A stretch of DNA of 56,799 nucleotides from Candidatus Kaiserbacteria bacterium RIFCSPHIGHO2_02_FULL_49_34 (GCA_001781205.1 MFLE01000018.1:1-56799), one strand, 5' to 3'; shown: positions 1 through 8,092, numbered from the stretch's first letter. Notes: generated from the letters alone by a model not told the origin. Made by a program: numbers and translations.

Positions 1-46
1 CCCGCTTGCACCGGGGAGGTAGCGGGTTCAAGTCCTGTCGGGTCCA
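1..46 (+). tRNA. tRNA-Ala(TGC), 5'-truncated by window edge
   Basis: Anticodon arm CCCG-CTTGCAC-CGGG, T-arm GCGGG-TTCAAGT-CCTGT, acceptor 3' strand CGGGTCC plus discriminator A; no encoded CCA. Confidence 0.85.
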
Positions 47-273
47 CAAAGACATAAAACCAACGCGTCTAGCGTTGGTTTTATTCTGTCTTTGTGAGAC
101 CCGACAGGACTTGAACGCCGGAGCCGGTATACAAGATTGTTACTGATACGAAGCTTTAGCGTAGTACGGTAACAATACTTGTCGGCGAGGCGGGGTCGGC
201 AACGCTTAGTATTTTTGGAGCGGCAGCGAACAACAAATACTTAGCGATTGTGACCAAGTCCTGTCGGGTCCAC
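47..273. mobile_element. tRNA-3'-associated structured element, copy 1 (at tRNA-Ala)
   Basis: Inverted copy of tRNA 3' end at 98-116, core 117-255 (GCCGGAG...GAGGCGGG...GCTTAG...CTTAGC...TGTGACC), 19-bp direct copy at 255-273 of 29-47; same layout at tRNA-Phe. Confidence 0.7.
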
Positions 274-390
274 TGCCACCAACAGCGACTAGGCCCGCCC
301 CAAACAACTCCTGAATTCAAGAAATTAATGCAATAATTCCAGAGAATTAAGAATCTAACATATGGAGAGCCGACACGCCTCTTGCTCTAG

Positions 391-415
391 CTCTGGATCC
401 CGCCAGCATGACAAA
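391..415 (-). repeat. REP-like dispersed repeat (TTTGTCATsCTGrCGGGATCCAGAG)
   Basis: Reverse complement matches 21259-21283 at 23 of 25 positions; related partial copy near 544-564. Confidence 0.6.
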
Positions 416-441
416 TGTTAGGTACAATGTTTTAAATCGAC

Positions 442-469
442 TAATGGTTAAAATCGATTTTAACCATTA
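442..469. repeat. Perfect 28-bp palindrome
   Basis: TAATGGTTAAAATCGATTTTAACCATTA; near-identical copy at 21204-21233. Confidence 0.8.
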
Positions 470-695
470 TCTATTTTAGAGAATTCCACCCCCATTTTGT
501 ACCCCAGGGCAGCCTCTCTTGGTACTCCGTACCAATTCACCTCCTCATCCAGGAGGGATCCAGATTCAAAGCGGTGTTCACTAGTCTTCTTTTGTTGTTC
601 TGTAAAATAGAAACCCCCTAGTAGTGTTACATTTAATTTCTGGACTGAGGCACTTAGAGCTCACCATTTCACCAAACCTGCGGTATACTACCCCC

Positions 696-1142
696 ATGAA
701 TGAATCACCACAACAGTCACTTGATTCGACGCTTAGTAACGAGATGTATGTATATCAAGGGAAGACATACGCACGGAAGCGTCTGTATAAGACATCGTCT
801 CTTAAGACGATGCTTATCGGCGTGTATATTGCGATAATGCTTGTGGTGATTGGCGGGGTTGCGGCATGGTCTCTTGGGGTGTCGATTACGCTCCCAAATT
901 TCTTACTGGGAATTGAAGATACTGCGCCGATGGTGCAGGTACGTGAGCGTGGGGCGGCACCGGTGACCGCTCCTGCAGCGGTTGCAACAACAACGGAAGC
1001 AGAAGGGCAGGTGGAGACGTCCGTTGAGGTTTTGGATGACAGTGCGACAAGTACTGCGACAACGACTGATGCGGTAGAGTCCGTACAAACCTCCGCCGAA
1101 GTGCTTGCTGCAACCAGTACGGAGGCCGAGACGACTCCGTAA
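696..1142 (+). CDS. Hypothetical single-pass membrane protein with Ser/Thr/Ala/Glu-rich tail
   Basis: ORF 624-1142; ATG at 696 lies 6 nt after TATACT; hydrophobic segment LIGVYIAIMLVVIGGVAAW. Confidence 0.7.
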   Translation: MNESPQQSLDSTLSNEMYVYQGKTYARKRLYKTSSLKTMLIGVYIAIMLVVIGGVAAWSLGVSITLPNFLLGIEDTAPMVQVRERGAAPVTAPAAVATTTEAEGQVETSVEVLDDSATSTATTTDAVESVQTSAEVLAATSTEAETTP

Positions 1143-1180
1143 ACATAACAAAAGCCGCAGTGAAGCGGCTTTTGTTATGT
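1143..1180. terminator. Bidirectional intrinsic terminator
   Basis: ACATAACAAAAGCCGC-AGTGAA-GCGGCTTTTGTTATGT between convergent CDS and tRNA-Met array. Confidence 0.8.
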
Positions 1181-1269
1181 TGGTAGCGGGACTTGGAATC
1201 GAACCAGGGTTGCTCCGCGGAGGTCATGAGTCTATCTTGCGAGATACCCTAATCTCCACCTATCCCTGC
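1181..1269 (-). pseudogene. Degenerate tRNA-Met copy (distal unit of tandem array)
   Basis: 3' 30 nt match tRNA-Met with one mismatch including CCA; 5' part diverged with insertions; CAT retained. Confidence 0.7.
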
Positions 1270-1305
1270 ACAGAAAATACCAAGCTGAATGCCTGGTATT
1301 TTCAT

Positions 1306-1395
1306 TGGTAGCGGGACCTGGAATCGAACCAGGGTTGCTTCGCGGAGGTTATGAGTCTACATTGCGAGGTACTTATAATCTCCACCTATCCCTGC
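1306..1395 (-). pseudogene. Degenerate tRNA-Met copy (proximal unit of tandem array)
   Basis: 3' 30 nt identical to tRNA-Met; remnants GGGATAG, GTACCTCG, CTCATAACCTC with insertions; period 125-126 bp. Confidence 0.7.
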
Positions 1396-1431
1396 ACAGA
1401 AAATACCAAGCGTGATGCCTGGCATTTTCAT

Positions 1432-1505
1432 TGGTAGCGGGACCTGGAATCGAACCAGGGTCTTGAGGTTATGAGCCTCACGAGGTACCTCTCCTCTATC
1501 CCGCT
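1432..1505 (-). tRNA. tRNA-Met(CAT), initiator-like
   Basis: Full cloverleaf AGCGGGA TA GAGG AGAGGTA CCTC G TGAGG CTCATAA CCTCA AGAC CCTGG TTCGATT CCAGG TCCCGCT A CCA; A11-U24 pair. Confidence 0.92.
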
Positions 1506-1617
1506 ATGTATTGTTACTTCAACAGCGTAATTCTGCTATTTTGTTCCAGTACCATAGCAGAAGTTTATCAAAAAGTCCAGTCTTTTAAGCCTTATATATC
1601 ATGGTATAGTGTCAGGT

Positions 1618-2634
1618 ATGTTAGAAAAATTCTTCGGAGCAGGGAAGATTGGTATAGACCTTGGAACGACGAGTGTGCTTGTGTATGTGCCAGGAAGGGG
1701 GGTAGTAACCTATGAACCCTCTGTGGTGGCGGTTTCCGACGACCAACAGATTCTTGCGGTGGGTGATGAAGCGAAGCGTATGATTGGACGTACGCCGGAG
1801 CATATTCGTGCGTATCGCCCGATGAAGGATGGGGTGATTGCGGACTATCGTGTAACAGAAGCGATGCTTCGGTACTTTTTGCGGCAGGCGTGTGGACGAT
1901 TTAATCTACGCAGACCTGATGTGCTGGTGTCGGTGCCGTCGGGGGTATCTTCAACTGAAAAGCGCGCAGTGATTGAAGCGGCACTTAATGCCGGGGCAAA
2001 GAATGCATATGTGCTCAAGGAGCCTATTCTTGCAGCGCTTGGTGCAGGACTTCCCATTTACGAACCGCGCGGTCACCTTATTGTCGACATTGGTGGCGGC
2101 ACGACAGATGCTGCGGTGATTTCACTTGGTTCAATCGTTGCTGCGACATCGGTACGCTGCGCAGGGAATAAAATTGATGCCACGATTGTCGATTATGTCA
2201 AGAAGACCTACAATTTGGCAATTGGTGAGAAGACTGCAGAGGATATTAAAATTGGTATCGGTTCAGCACTTCCCGTGGAAGAAGAGCTTTCGATGGAAGT
2301 GAAGGGCCGTGACTTGATGTCAGGACTCCCGCGTACTATAGAGCTTAAGACGAACGAGGTCGTGCGTGCCACGCAGCGAGAGCTGCGTGAGATTGTTGGT
2401 GCGATTAAGGCGGTGTTTCAAGATACGCCTCCAGAACTTGCGGCAGACATTATTGACTACGGGATTATTCTTACGGGCGGTTCGTCACAGCTCCGTAACC
2501 TTGCCGAGTTCGTGAAGCGTCGCACTGGCGTGAAAACACAAATGGCGGATCAGGCGCAGTTTTGTGTGGTGAAGGGGACAGGTATCGCTTTGCAACATCT
2601 AGATACCTATAAACAAGCTCTCATTAGAAAGTGA
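1618..2634 (+). CDS. mreB: Rod shape-determining actin-like ATPase MreB/Mbl
   Basis: IGIDLGT, EPSVVA, RPMKDGVIADY, VDIGGGTTD, LTGGSSQL motifs; ATG at 1618 follows TGGTATAGT. Confidence 0.95.
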   Translation: MLEKFFGAGKIGIDLGTTSVLVYVPGRGVVTYEPSVVAVSDDQQILAVGDEAKRMIGRTPEHIRAYRPMKDGVIADYRVTEAMLRYFLRQACGRFNLRRPDVLVSVPSGVSSTEKRAVIEAALNAGAKNAYVLKEPILAALGAGLPIYEPRGHLIVDIGGGTTDAAVISLGSIVAATSVRCAGNKIDATIVDYVKKTYNLAIGEKTAEDIKIGIGSALPVEEELSMEVKGRDLMSGLPRTIELKTNEVVRATQRELREIVGAIKAVFQDTPPELAADIIDYGIILTGGSSQLRNLAEFVKRRTGVKTQMADQAQFCVVKGTGIALQHLDTYKQALIRK

Positions 2635-2701
2635 TTCTTCCAAGGTATGCTGAGATATTTGCGATTGTAATTTTTCGTGATTTATGTATAATGCGGACAC
2701 C

Positions 2702-2974
2702 ATGGTACATGAGAAGGACGACACAGAAGCGCTTCGGCGAGAGCTGCGTGAACTTCGCGCAGAATTTGATGTCACTTCGTCTTTGGTAAAAAAGATACAC
2801 CGCCATACCGTGACGGCTACCGCGATGCGGTTCCTCTGGCTTGGTATCATTGTGGGTATTCCGATTATTGCGTACATTTTTGCAGGCTCGTTCATCGAGA
2901 GTGCAGCAAATTATCTCAATCAGCAAATTCATAATGTGCTCGAGGTGTATATACAGCAGTCTACGGGAAGATAA
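2702..2974 (+). CDS. Small hypothetical membrane protein
   Basis: Coiled-coil-like N-terminus then one TM helix; TATAAT 9 nt upstream of ATG. Confidence 0.65.
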   Translation: MVHEKDDTEALRRELRELRAEFDVTSSLVKKIHRHTVTATAMRFLWLGIIVGIPIIAYIFAGSFIESAANYLNQQIHNVLEVYIQQSTGR

Positions 2975-2983
2975 TTTCCAAAC

Positions 2984-3111
2984 GCTTGAGTAGCTCAGCC
3001 CTAGATCGCCGGCCGCTAGCGCGGACCGGGCCGGCGAAGCTGCTAAGGATGTCCGCCTCCGCGAACGCTACTTAAAGTGTTCGCTAGCGCGAACACGGCA
3101 GATAGAGCACT
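2984..3111 (+). pseudogene. 5' fragment of tRNA-Phe with ~104-nt structured insertion in the D-loop
   Basis: GCTTGAGTAGCTCAG (2984-2998) and TAGAGCACT (3103-3111) are identical to the tRNA-Phe sequences on either side of D-loop TTGG. Confidence 0.7.
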
Positions 3112-3139
3112 TGTTGCATGGAATGCTGTAGTATAAAAT
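3111..3139 (+). promoter_or_regulatory. Putative sigma70 promoter of tRNA-Phe
   Basis: TTGTTG-17 nt-TAAAAT ending 7 nt before the tRNA. Confidence 0.5.
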
Positions 3140-3146
3140 TATATAT

Positions 3147-3219
3147 GCTTGAGTAGCTCAGTTGGTAGAGCACTCCCCTGAAGAGGGAGGGGTCACCAGT
3201 TCGACCCTGGTCTCAAGCA
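3147..3219 (+). tRNA. tRNA-Phe(GAA)
   Basis: Cloverleaf GCTTGAG/CTCAAGC, anticodon loop CTGAAGA, T-loop TTCGACC; no encoded CCA. Confidence 0.93.
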
Positions 3220-3537
3220 CAGTAACAAAATAATAGCCGGCTTTGCCGGCTTTATTTTGTTACTGTGCTTGAGAAGAAAGGCGCCTGCGCGCCTTTTGTC
3301 CAGGGTCGAACGCCGGAGTCATGTTTTTCTGACCTCGGGGGAAGAAAAACAGACGAGGCGGGTGAGAAGGTCTGGGAGACCTTCGTAAGGGGTTGTCGAC
3401 AGATTATGAGGCGGATGCCGAAATAATATGTCATACAACCTGAACAGAATCTGTAAGATTGGGCAGTGCTTAGACTTTTATGAGCATAGCGAAATAAAAG
3501 ACTTAGCAACTGTGACCGACCCTGGTCTCAAGCACAG
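3220..3537. mobile_element. tRNA-3'-associated structured element, copy 2 (at tRNA-Phe)
   Basis: Inverted copy of tRNA 3' end at 3263-3311 (interrupted by a 25-nt hairpin), core 3312-3517 homologous to 117-255, 21-bp direct copy at 3517-3537 of 3202-3222. Confidence 0.7.
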
Positions 3538-3569
3538 ATACTACTCACGCCTCATGGCATGAGTATGTT

Positions 3570-3605
3570 ATAAAAAGCACATACACATTTGTATGTGCTT
3601 TTTAT
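3570..3605. terminator. Intrinsic terminator-like hairpin
   Basis: ATAAAAAGCACATAC-ACATTT-GTATGTGCTTTTTAT. Confidence 0.65.
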
Positions 3606-3632
3606 GTGGTGTTCATATGCTATACTCACGAC

Positions 3633-4727
3633 ATGGAAAAGATACGAGCTTTTATTGCGTGGGGGAAGAAGAACCAGCATCACTTGTTGTCGGCTTCGTT
3701 TTTCGTGGGTTTTTTGATTGATAGTCTGACCCTCAATCGTGTCGATGATGCGCTCGATAATATTATCCTTGCGTCATACATGAGTATCATGATGATATCG
3801 ACACTCGTGCTGTATGCGGCGCTTGCGACAAAGTTGCCAGATCGGATTGTGCCGTTTTGCCGTGACTACATGCCGTACCTGATGCAGTTCGCGTTCGGTG
3901 GTGTGCTTTCGGGTATGCTTATTTTCTACAGTCGTTCTGGCTCATGGGAAGCAAGTTGGCCATTCTTGGTTATTATCATTGGTGTTATCGCGGGTAATGA
4001 ACTTCTTTCACGACGTGCTGAACGGCTTGTCTTTAATCTCTCAGTGCTGTTTATTGCGCTCTTTTCATACACCGCGCTTATTATTCCCGTGCTGATCGGA
4101 CGAATGGGAGAAGTGGTGTTTGTGATTAGTAGCATTATTGCCCTCGGTGTTTTTATAGTGTTCGTACAGGCACTTATCGCCATTGTGCCGAATTTCATCA
4201 GGCTTCATTTGCGCTCAATTGTATTTGCCGTTGCAGGCATTTTTGCTACGATGCAGTTTCTCTATTTTGCAAACCTGATTCCGCCAATCCCACTCTCGCT
4301 CAAAGACATCGGCATCTATCATAAAGTGGAGCGAACACAGGAGGGGAATTATCTCTTAACCTACGAGCGGCAGGCATGGTGGCGCTTTTGGAGTCGTCCA
4401 GATAAAACGTTTACTTCAAGCGGGGGAAGTGTGCCGCATTGTTATTCGTCGGTCTTTGCGCCGACAAAACTAGCAACGGCGATTGTGCATGAGTGGCAGC
4501 AATATGATGAAGCGTCTGGAGAATGGCTGTCTCGTAATACGGTCTCCTTCGGCATTGCGGGCGGCCGCGCAGAAGGGTATCGTGGTTATTCATATAAAGA
4601 AAGTTACACGCAAGGGAAGTGGCGGTGCCTCGTACGTACAGAGCGCGGGCAAACAATAGGCTATACAACCTTCCATATTGGCGAGAAGTCCATTATTTCC
4701 CTTGATCTTGAAACGGTTATCAAGTAA
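3633..4727 (+). CDS. Multi-pass membrane protein with C-terminal DUF2914-like domain
   Basis: About 7 TM segments then SVFAPT...HEW...GGRAEGYRGYSYK...GKWRC motif pattern. Confidence 0.75.
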   Translation: MEKIRAFIAWGKKNQHHLLSASFFVGFLIDSLTLNRVDDALDNIILASYMSIMMISTLVLYAALATKLPDRIVPFCRDYMPYLMQFAFGGVLSGMLIFYSRSGSWEASWPFLVIIIGVIAGNELLSRRAERLVFNLSVLFIALFSYTALIIPVLIGRMGEVVFVISSIIALGVFIVFVQALIAIVPNFIRLHLRSIVFAVAGIFATMQFLYFANLIPPIPLSLKDIGIYHKVERTQEGNYLLTYERQAWWRFWSRPDKTFTSSGGSVPHCYSSVFAPTKLATAIVHEWQQYDEASGEWLSRNTVSFGIAGGRAEGYRGYSYKESYTQGKWRCLVRTERGQTIGYTTFHIGEKSIISLDLETVIK

Positions 4728-4804
4728 TTGACAATTGCATGATGTGTTCTGTACTGAATACATCATTTTGTTTTTATGGAAAGTGTCCGTATACTAATGC
4801 TCAT

Positions 4805-6985
4805 ATGCAATCAATCATTCGTTCACTGACACTTGCCGGCATTTTTGCGGTACCAGCTGTCGTATTTATCGTTTCGGAAACCATGTTCTTTCCGTACATT
4901 ACGGGAAAGAACTTTACGTTCCGTATTTTAGTTGAAATTATCACGGTAGGATGGCTTATCCTTGCGCTTCGCGATGTAGCATATCGCCCACGATGGTCGT
5001 GGGTGCTTGGTGTGTTTGGCGTGTTGCTCGTTAGTATGTTTGTTTCAGATATGCTCTCGCCATCGACGCAAAAAAGCTTCATGAGTAACTTTGAGCGTAT
5101 GGACGGTTATGTGACGCTGGCGCACACCTTCCTCTACTTCATCGTTACGGCAAGCATGCTGACCACACAAAAACTTTGGCAACAATTTTTTGGTTGGAAT
5201 GTTATTCTTGCAACACTTCTTGCGGGTTACGGTATTTTGCAGGCGACCGGTCAGGCTTCTATTAGCCAGGGCGCCAGCTGGCGTATCGATGGTACCCTTG
5301 GCAACTCGACCTACATGGCAATTTACATGTTGTTCTCTGCGGTGATTGCAGCTTTGTATGCACTGCGTACGCCGGTTGTGGAGCGTAAATGGGTAGCAGG
5401 CATTCTCGCACTTCTTTTTACGGTACTTATTTTTCAGACAGGAACGCGCGGTACCGTACTCGGCCTCCTTGCGGGCGGTGGTACGGTGGCGCTCTTCCTC
5501 GCAGTGCGAGGAAGAAGTATTCCGCGGGTACGGAACATCGCCAGCGGTGTCCTCATTCTTGGTGTGGTGCTTGTTGGTTCATTTATGGCACTTCGGAACA
5601 CGGCATTGGTGCAAGAAACGCCAATGCTGCAGCGTCTGAGTCAGATCTCACTCAGTGAAGGAGGCATCCGCTTCACCAACTGGGGCATGGCATGGGAAGG
5701 TGTGAAAGAACGTCCTATCTTTGGTTGGGGACACGAAAGTTTTAACTATGTCTTCAACGCGTACTATGACCCCGCAATGTACGGTGCAGAGGAATGGTAC
5801 GACCGTGCGCATAATATTATTTTCGATTGGCTCGTGCAGGGAGGCTTTGTTGGTGCGACACTTTATTTTGGACTTATCGGTGCTGCGCTCTACCTGTTGA
5901 CAAGGCAGTCACGAAAAGACGAGACTGAAACCGAGACTGAGCTTCTAACACGTGCCTTGCTTGCAGGGCTTCTCGTGGCATACGTAGTGCATAACTTCTT
6001 TGTCTTCGACAACGTGGTGAGCTACATTTATTTTGCAATTATTCTTGCGTACATTCATACAACACATGCTCGTGAGGAGATTCACCTGCCACAGGTTCGT
6101 GACGAGCGAACATGGTCGCATGTTGTGGTTCCTATCGCGGGTGTTGCGCTTGCGGTGATAATCTTTATGGTGAATGTTCCCGGAATTCGCACAGCACAAA
6201 ATCTCATTACAACACTAATGGCACCCGATATTACGGGTCGCTTGGCAGGTTTCGAACATACACTTACACAAGGCTCGTTTGGCAATCAAGAAGTTCGTGA
6301 GCAACTTCTGCAGTTTCTTGGAAAAGCAGTTGCTGCGACAACAAGCGAGGAAGGAAAGACAATGCTTTTCAATGTTGCAGAACGCGAAATTGGAGCACAG
6401 ATTGCAGAAAAGCCAGGTGATGCGCGTATCTATATTCTTGCAGGCAGTATGTATCGAAGTGCAGGAATCCCCGCGAAGGCGCTCCAGTATTATAACGAAG
6501 CACTCAAGCTCACCCCTGAAAAGACAACGCTCAAGCAGGAGCTTGGCATGACGCATATAGCACTTGGCGATACCGAAAAAGGTCTCGAATATTTGAAAGA
6601 TGCGTACGAAAAGGACACTAGTAAAATGCGCGCACGAATGATTTATGCGCTCGGTACTATTTACGTTAGAAAGATGGATGTCTATGATGAGCTTATTGCT
6701 GATGAAGCTGCATTTGCGGCAGCGGTCGATACAGACTTCCTCTATCAGGCGCTTTACGAACAAAAAGATTTTACTCGTGTTCGTGCACTCTATGCAGCAC
6801 GCCTTGCACGTGATCCGTCAGTGTTTGATACATGGAAGAACCTTGCAGTGGTAATCTACAATTCGGGAGATGTTGCTGAGGCAATAGCTCTCCTTACTTC
6901 AGCAAAAGAGCAAGCAACATTTACCGTAGAACAACAGGAAGAAATTGACACCATGATTGTTGAACTTCAAAAGGAAAAAAAATAA
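4805..6985 (+). CDS. O-antigen ligase/oligosaccharyltransferase (Wzy_C) family membrane protein with C-terminal TPR repeats
   Basis: GTLGNS, TGTRG, RPIFGWG, RAHN motifs; many TM helices; helical TPR-like tail. Confidence 0.85.
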   Translation: MQSIIRSLTLAGIFAVPAVVFIVSETMFFPYITGKNFTFRILVEIITVGWLILALRDVAYRPRWSWVLGVFGVLLVSMFVSDMLSPSTQKSFMSNFERMDGYVTLAHTFLYFIVTASMLTTQKLWQQFFGWNVILATLLAGYGILQATGQASISQGASWRIDGTLGNSTYMAIYMLFSAVIAALYALRTPVVERKWVAGILALLFTVLIFQTGTRGTVLGLLAGGGTVALFLAVRGRSIPRVRNIASGVLILGVVLVGSFMALRNTALVQETPMLQRLSQISLSEGGIRFTNWGMAWEGVKERPIFGWGHESFNYVFNAYYDPAMYGAEEWYDRAHNIIFDWLVQGGFVGATLYFGLIGAALYLLTRQSRKDETETETELLTRALLAGLLVAYVVHNFFVFDNVVSYIYFAIILAYIHTTHAREEIHLPQVRDERTWSHVVVPIAGVALAVIIFMVNVPGIRTAQNLITTLMAPDITGRLAGFEHTLTQGSFGNQEVREQLLQFLGKAVAATTSEEGKTMLFNVAEREIGAQIAEKPGDARIYILAGSMYRSAGIPAKALQYYNEALKLTPEKTTLKQELGMTHIALGDTEKGLEYLKDAYEKDTSKMRARMIYALGTIYVRKMDVYDELIADEAAFAAAVDTDFLYQALYEQKDFTRVRALYAARLARDPSVFDTWKNLAVVIYNSGDVAEAIALLTSAKEQATFTVEQQEEIDTMIVELQKEKK

Positions 6986-6986
6986 T

Positions 6987-8030
6987 ATGAAGCATATCGA
7001 ACTAAGCGCGCGTGAAGCGCGCTTCATTCGTGCAGGTGTTGCACTTGCACCATATACAACATTTAAGATTGGTGGGAATGCAGATTTCTTTGCAGAAGTA
7101 ACTCACACAGATGAGCTACGCGAGGCGTTTCTTTTTGCACACACACATACGCTCCCCATCTTCATTCTTGGAGGTGGTACAAACCTGCTTGTTGCGGATG
7201 AAGGATTTCGAGGGCTTATAGTACATGTGCATGTGCGTGGCATTACGTATGCCGATGAGCATACGCTCACTGTTGGTGCAGGGGAGTCGTTAGATGACGT
7301 CGTGCGCTACGCAACACTCCATGGATTGTGGGGGATTGAAAATCTCAGCGCAATTCCTGGCACTATTGGTGGCGCAGCAGTGCAGAATGCCGGGGCGTAT
7401 GGTGTTGAAATAGCGAGCGGTATCAAAAATATTGAGGTGTATGATACGCTTACAAATGAATTGCGCACGCTGTCGCCTGCAGAATGCCAGTACGGCTACC
7501 GAGATAGCATTTTTAAAACAGATGAAGGCAAGCGTTTTGTGATTGTTCATATCACACTTGCACTCTCGACAAGACCAAAGCCGCAATTTTCCTATAAAGA
7601 CCTTGCAGCAGTATTTCCTGAGGGGAGTGCATCGCTTGAAGAAATTCGCGCTGCCGTTGTGAATATCCGTGCGGCGAAATTTCCTGATCTAAAGCAGTAC
7701 GGAACTGCCGGATCTTTCTTCAAAAATCCTGTTATCTCAGGAGAGGAGTATGCGGTGCTTCAGGAGAAATATCCACTCCTCCCAGGACACACGCAGGGTG
7801 ACGGTATGATAAAAATTCCTATTGCTTGGATACTCGACAACGTGCTTGCGATGCGTGGCGTACGAGAGGGTGACATTGGTGCATGGGAAGCGCAGCCGCT
7901 TGTGCTGACAAATTACGGTCATGCGACCGCTCGTGACGTAGATGCATTCGCACAAAAAATCGCACAGGATGTATATGAAGCAGCAGGGATTGAGATTGAG
8001 AGGGAAGTAATACAAGTATCTGGTATCTAA
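6987..8030 (+). CDS. murB: UDP-N-acetylenolpyruvoylglucosamine reductase
   Basis: TTFKIGG, LGGGTNLL, IPGTIGGA, QNAGAYG, AGSFFKNP motifs. Confidence 0.95.
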   Translation: MKHIELSAREARFIRAGVALAPYTTFKIGGNADFFAEVTHTDELREAFLFAHTHTLPIFILGGGTNLLVADEGFRGLIVHVHVRGITYADEHTLTVGAGESLDDVVRYATLHGLWGIENLSAIPGTIGGAAVQNAGAYGVEIASGIKNIEVYDTLTNELRTLSPAECQYGYRDSIFKTDEGKRFVIVHITLALSTRPKPQFSYKDLAAVFPEGSASLEEIRAAVVNIRAAKFPDLKQYGTAGSFFKNPVISGEEYAVLQEKYPLLPGHTQGDGMIKIPIAWILDNVLAMRGVREGDIGAWEAQPLVLTNYGHATARDVDAFAQKIAQDVYEAAGIEIEREVIQVSGI

Positions 8031-8045
8031 TGTTTAATCTTCGAC

Positions 8046-8092
8046 ATTGGAAATTTCATTGGGAATTAGAAATTAGGCATTAGACATTCAGG
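8046..8092. repeat. Degenerate heptamer repeat array (ATTrGnn)
   Basis: ATTGGAA, ATTGGGA, ATTAGAA, ATTAGGC, ATTAGAC, ATTCAGG. Confidence 0.55.

Noticed and set aside
1181-1461. Three 30-bp direct repeats at a regular period, resembling a CRISPR array
   Set aside because: The repeat is the tRNA-Met 3' end, the ~95-bp spacers are homologous to each other, and no cas genes are present
2984-3111. Intron-containing or split functional tRNA-Phe
   Set aside because: The fragment stops before the anticodon loop and the downstream 3' copy starts at C56, so the pieces cannot rebuild a full tRNA; no group I intron or bulge-helix-bulge features were recognised
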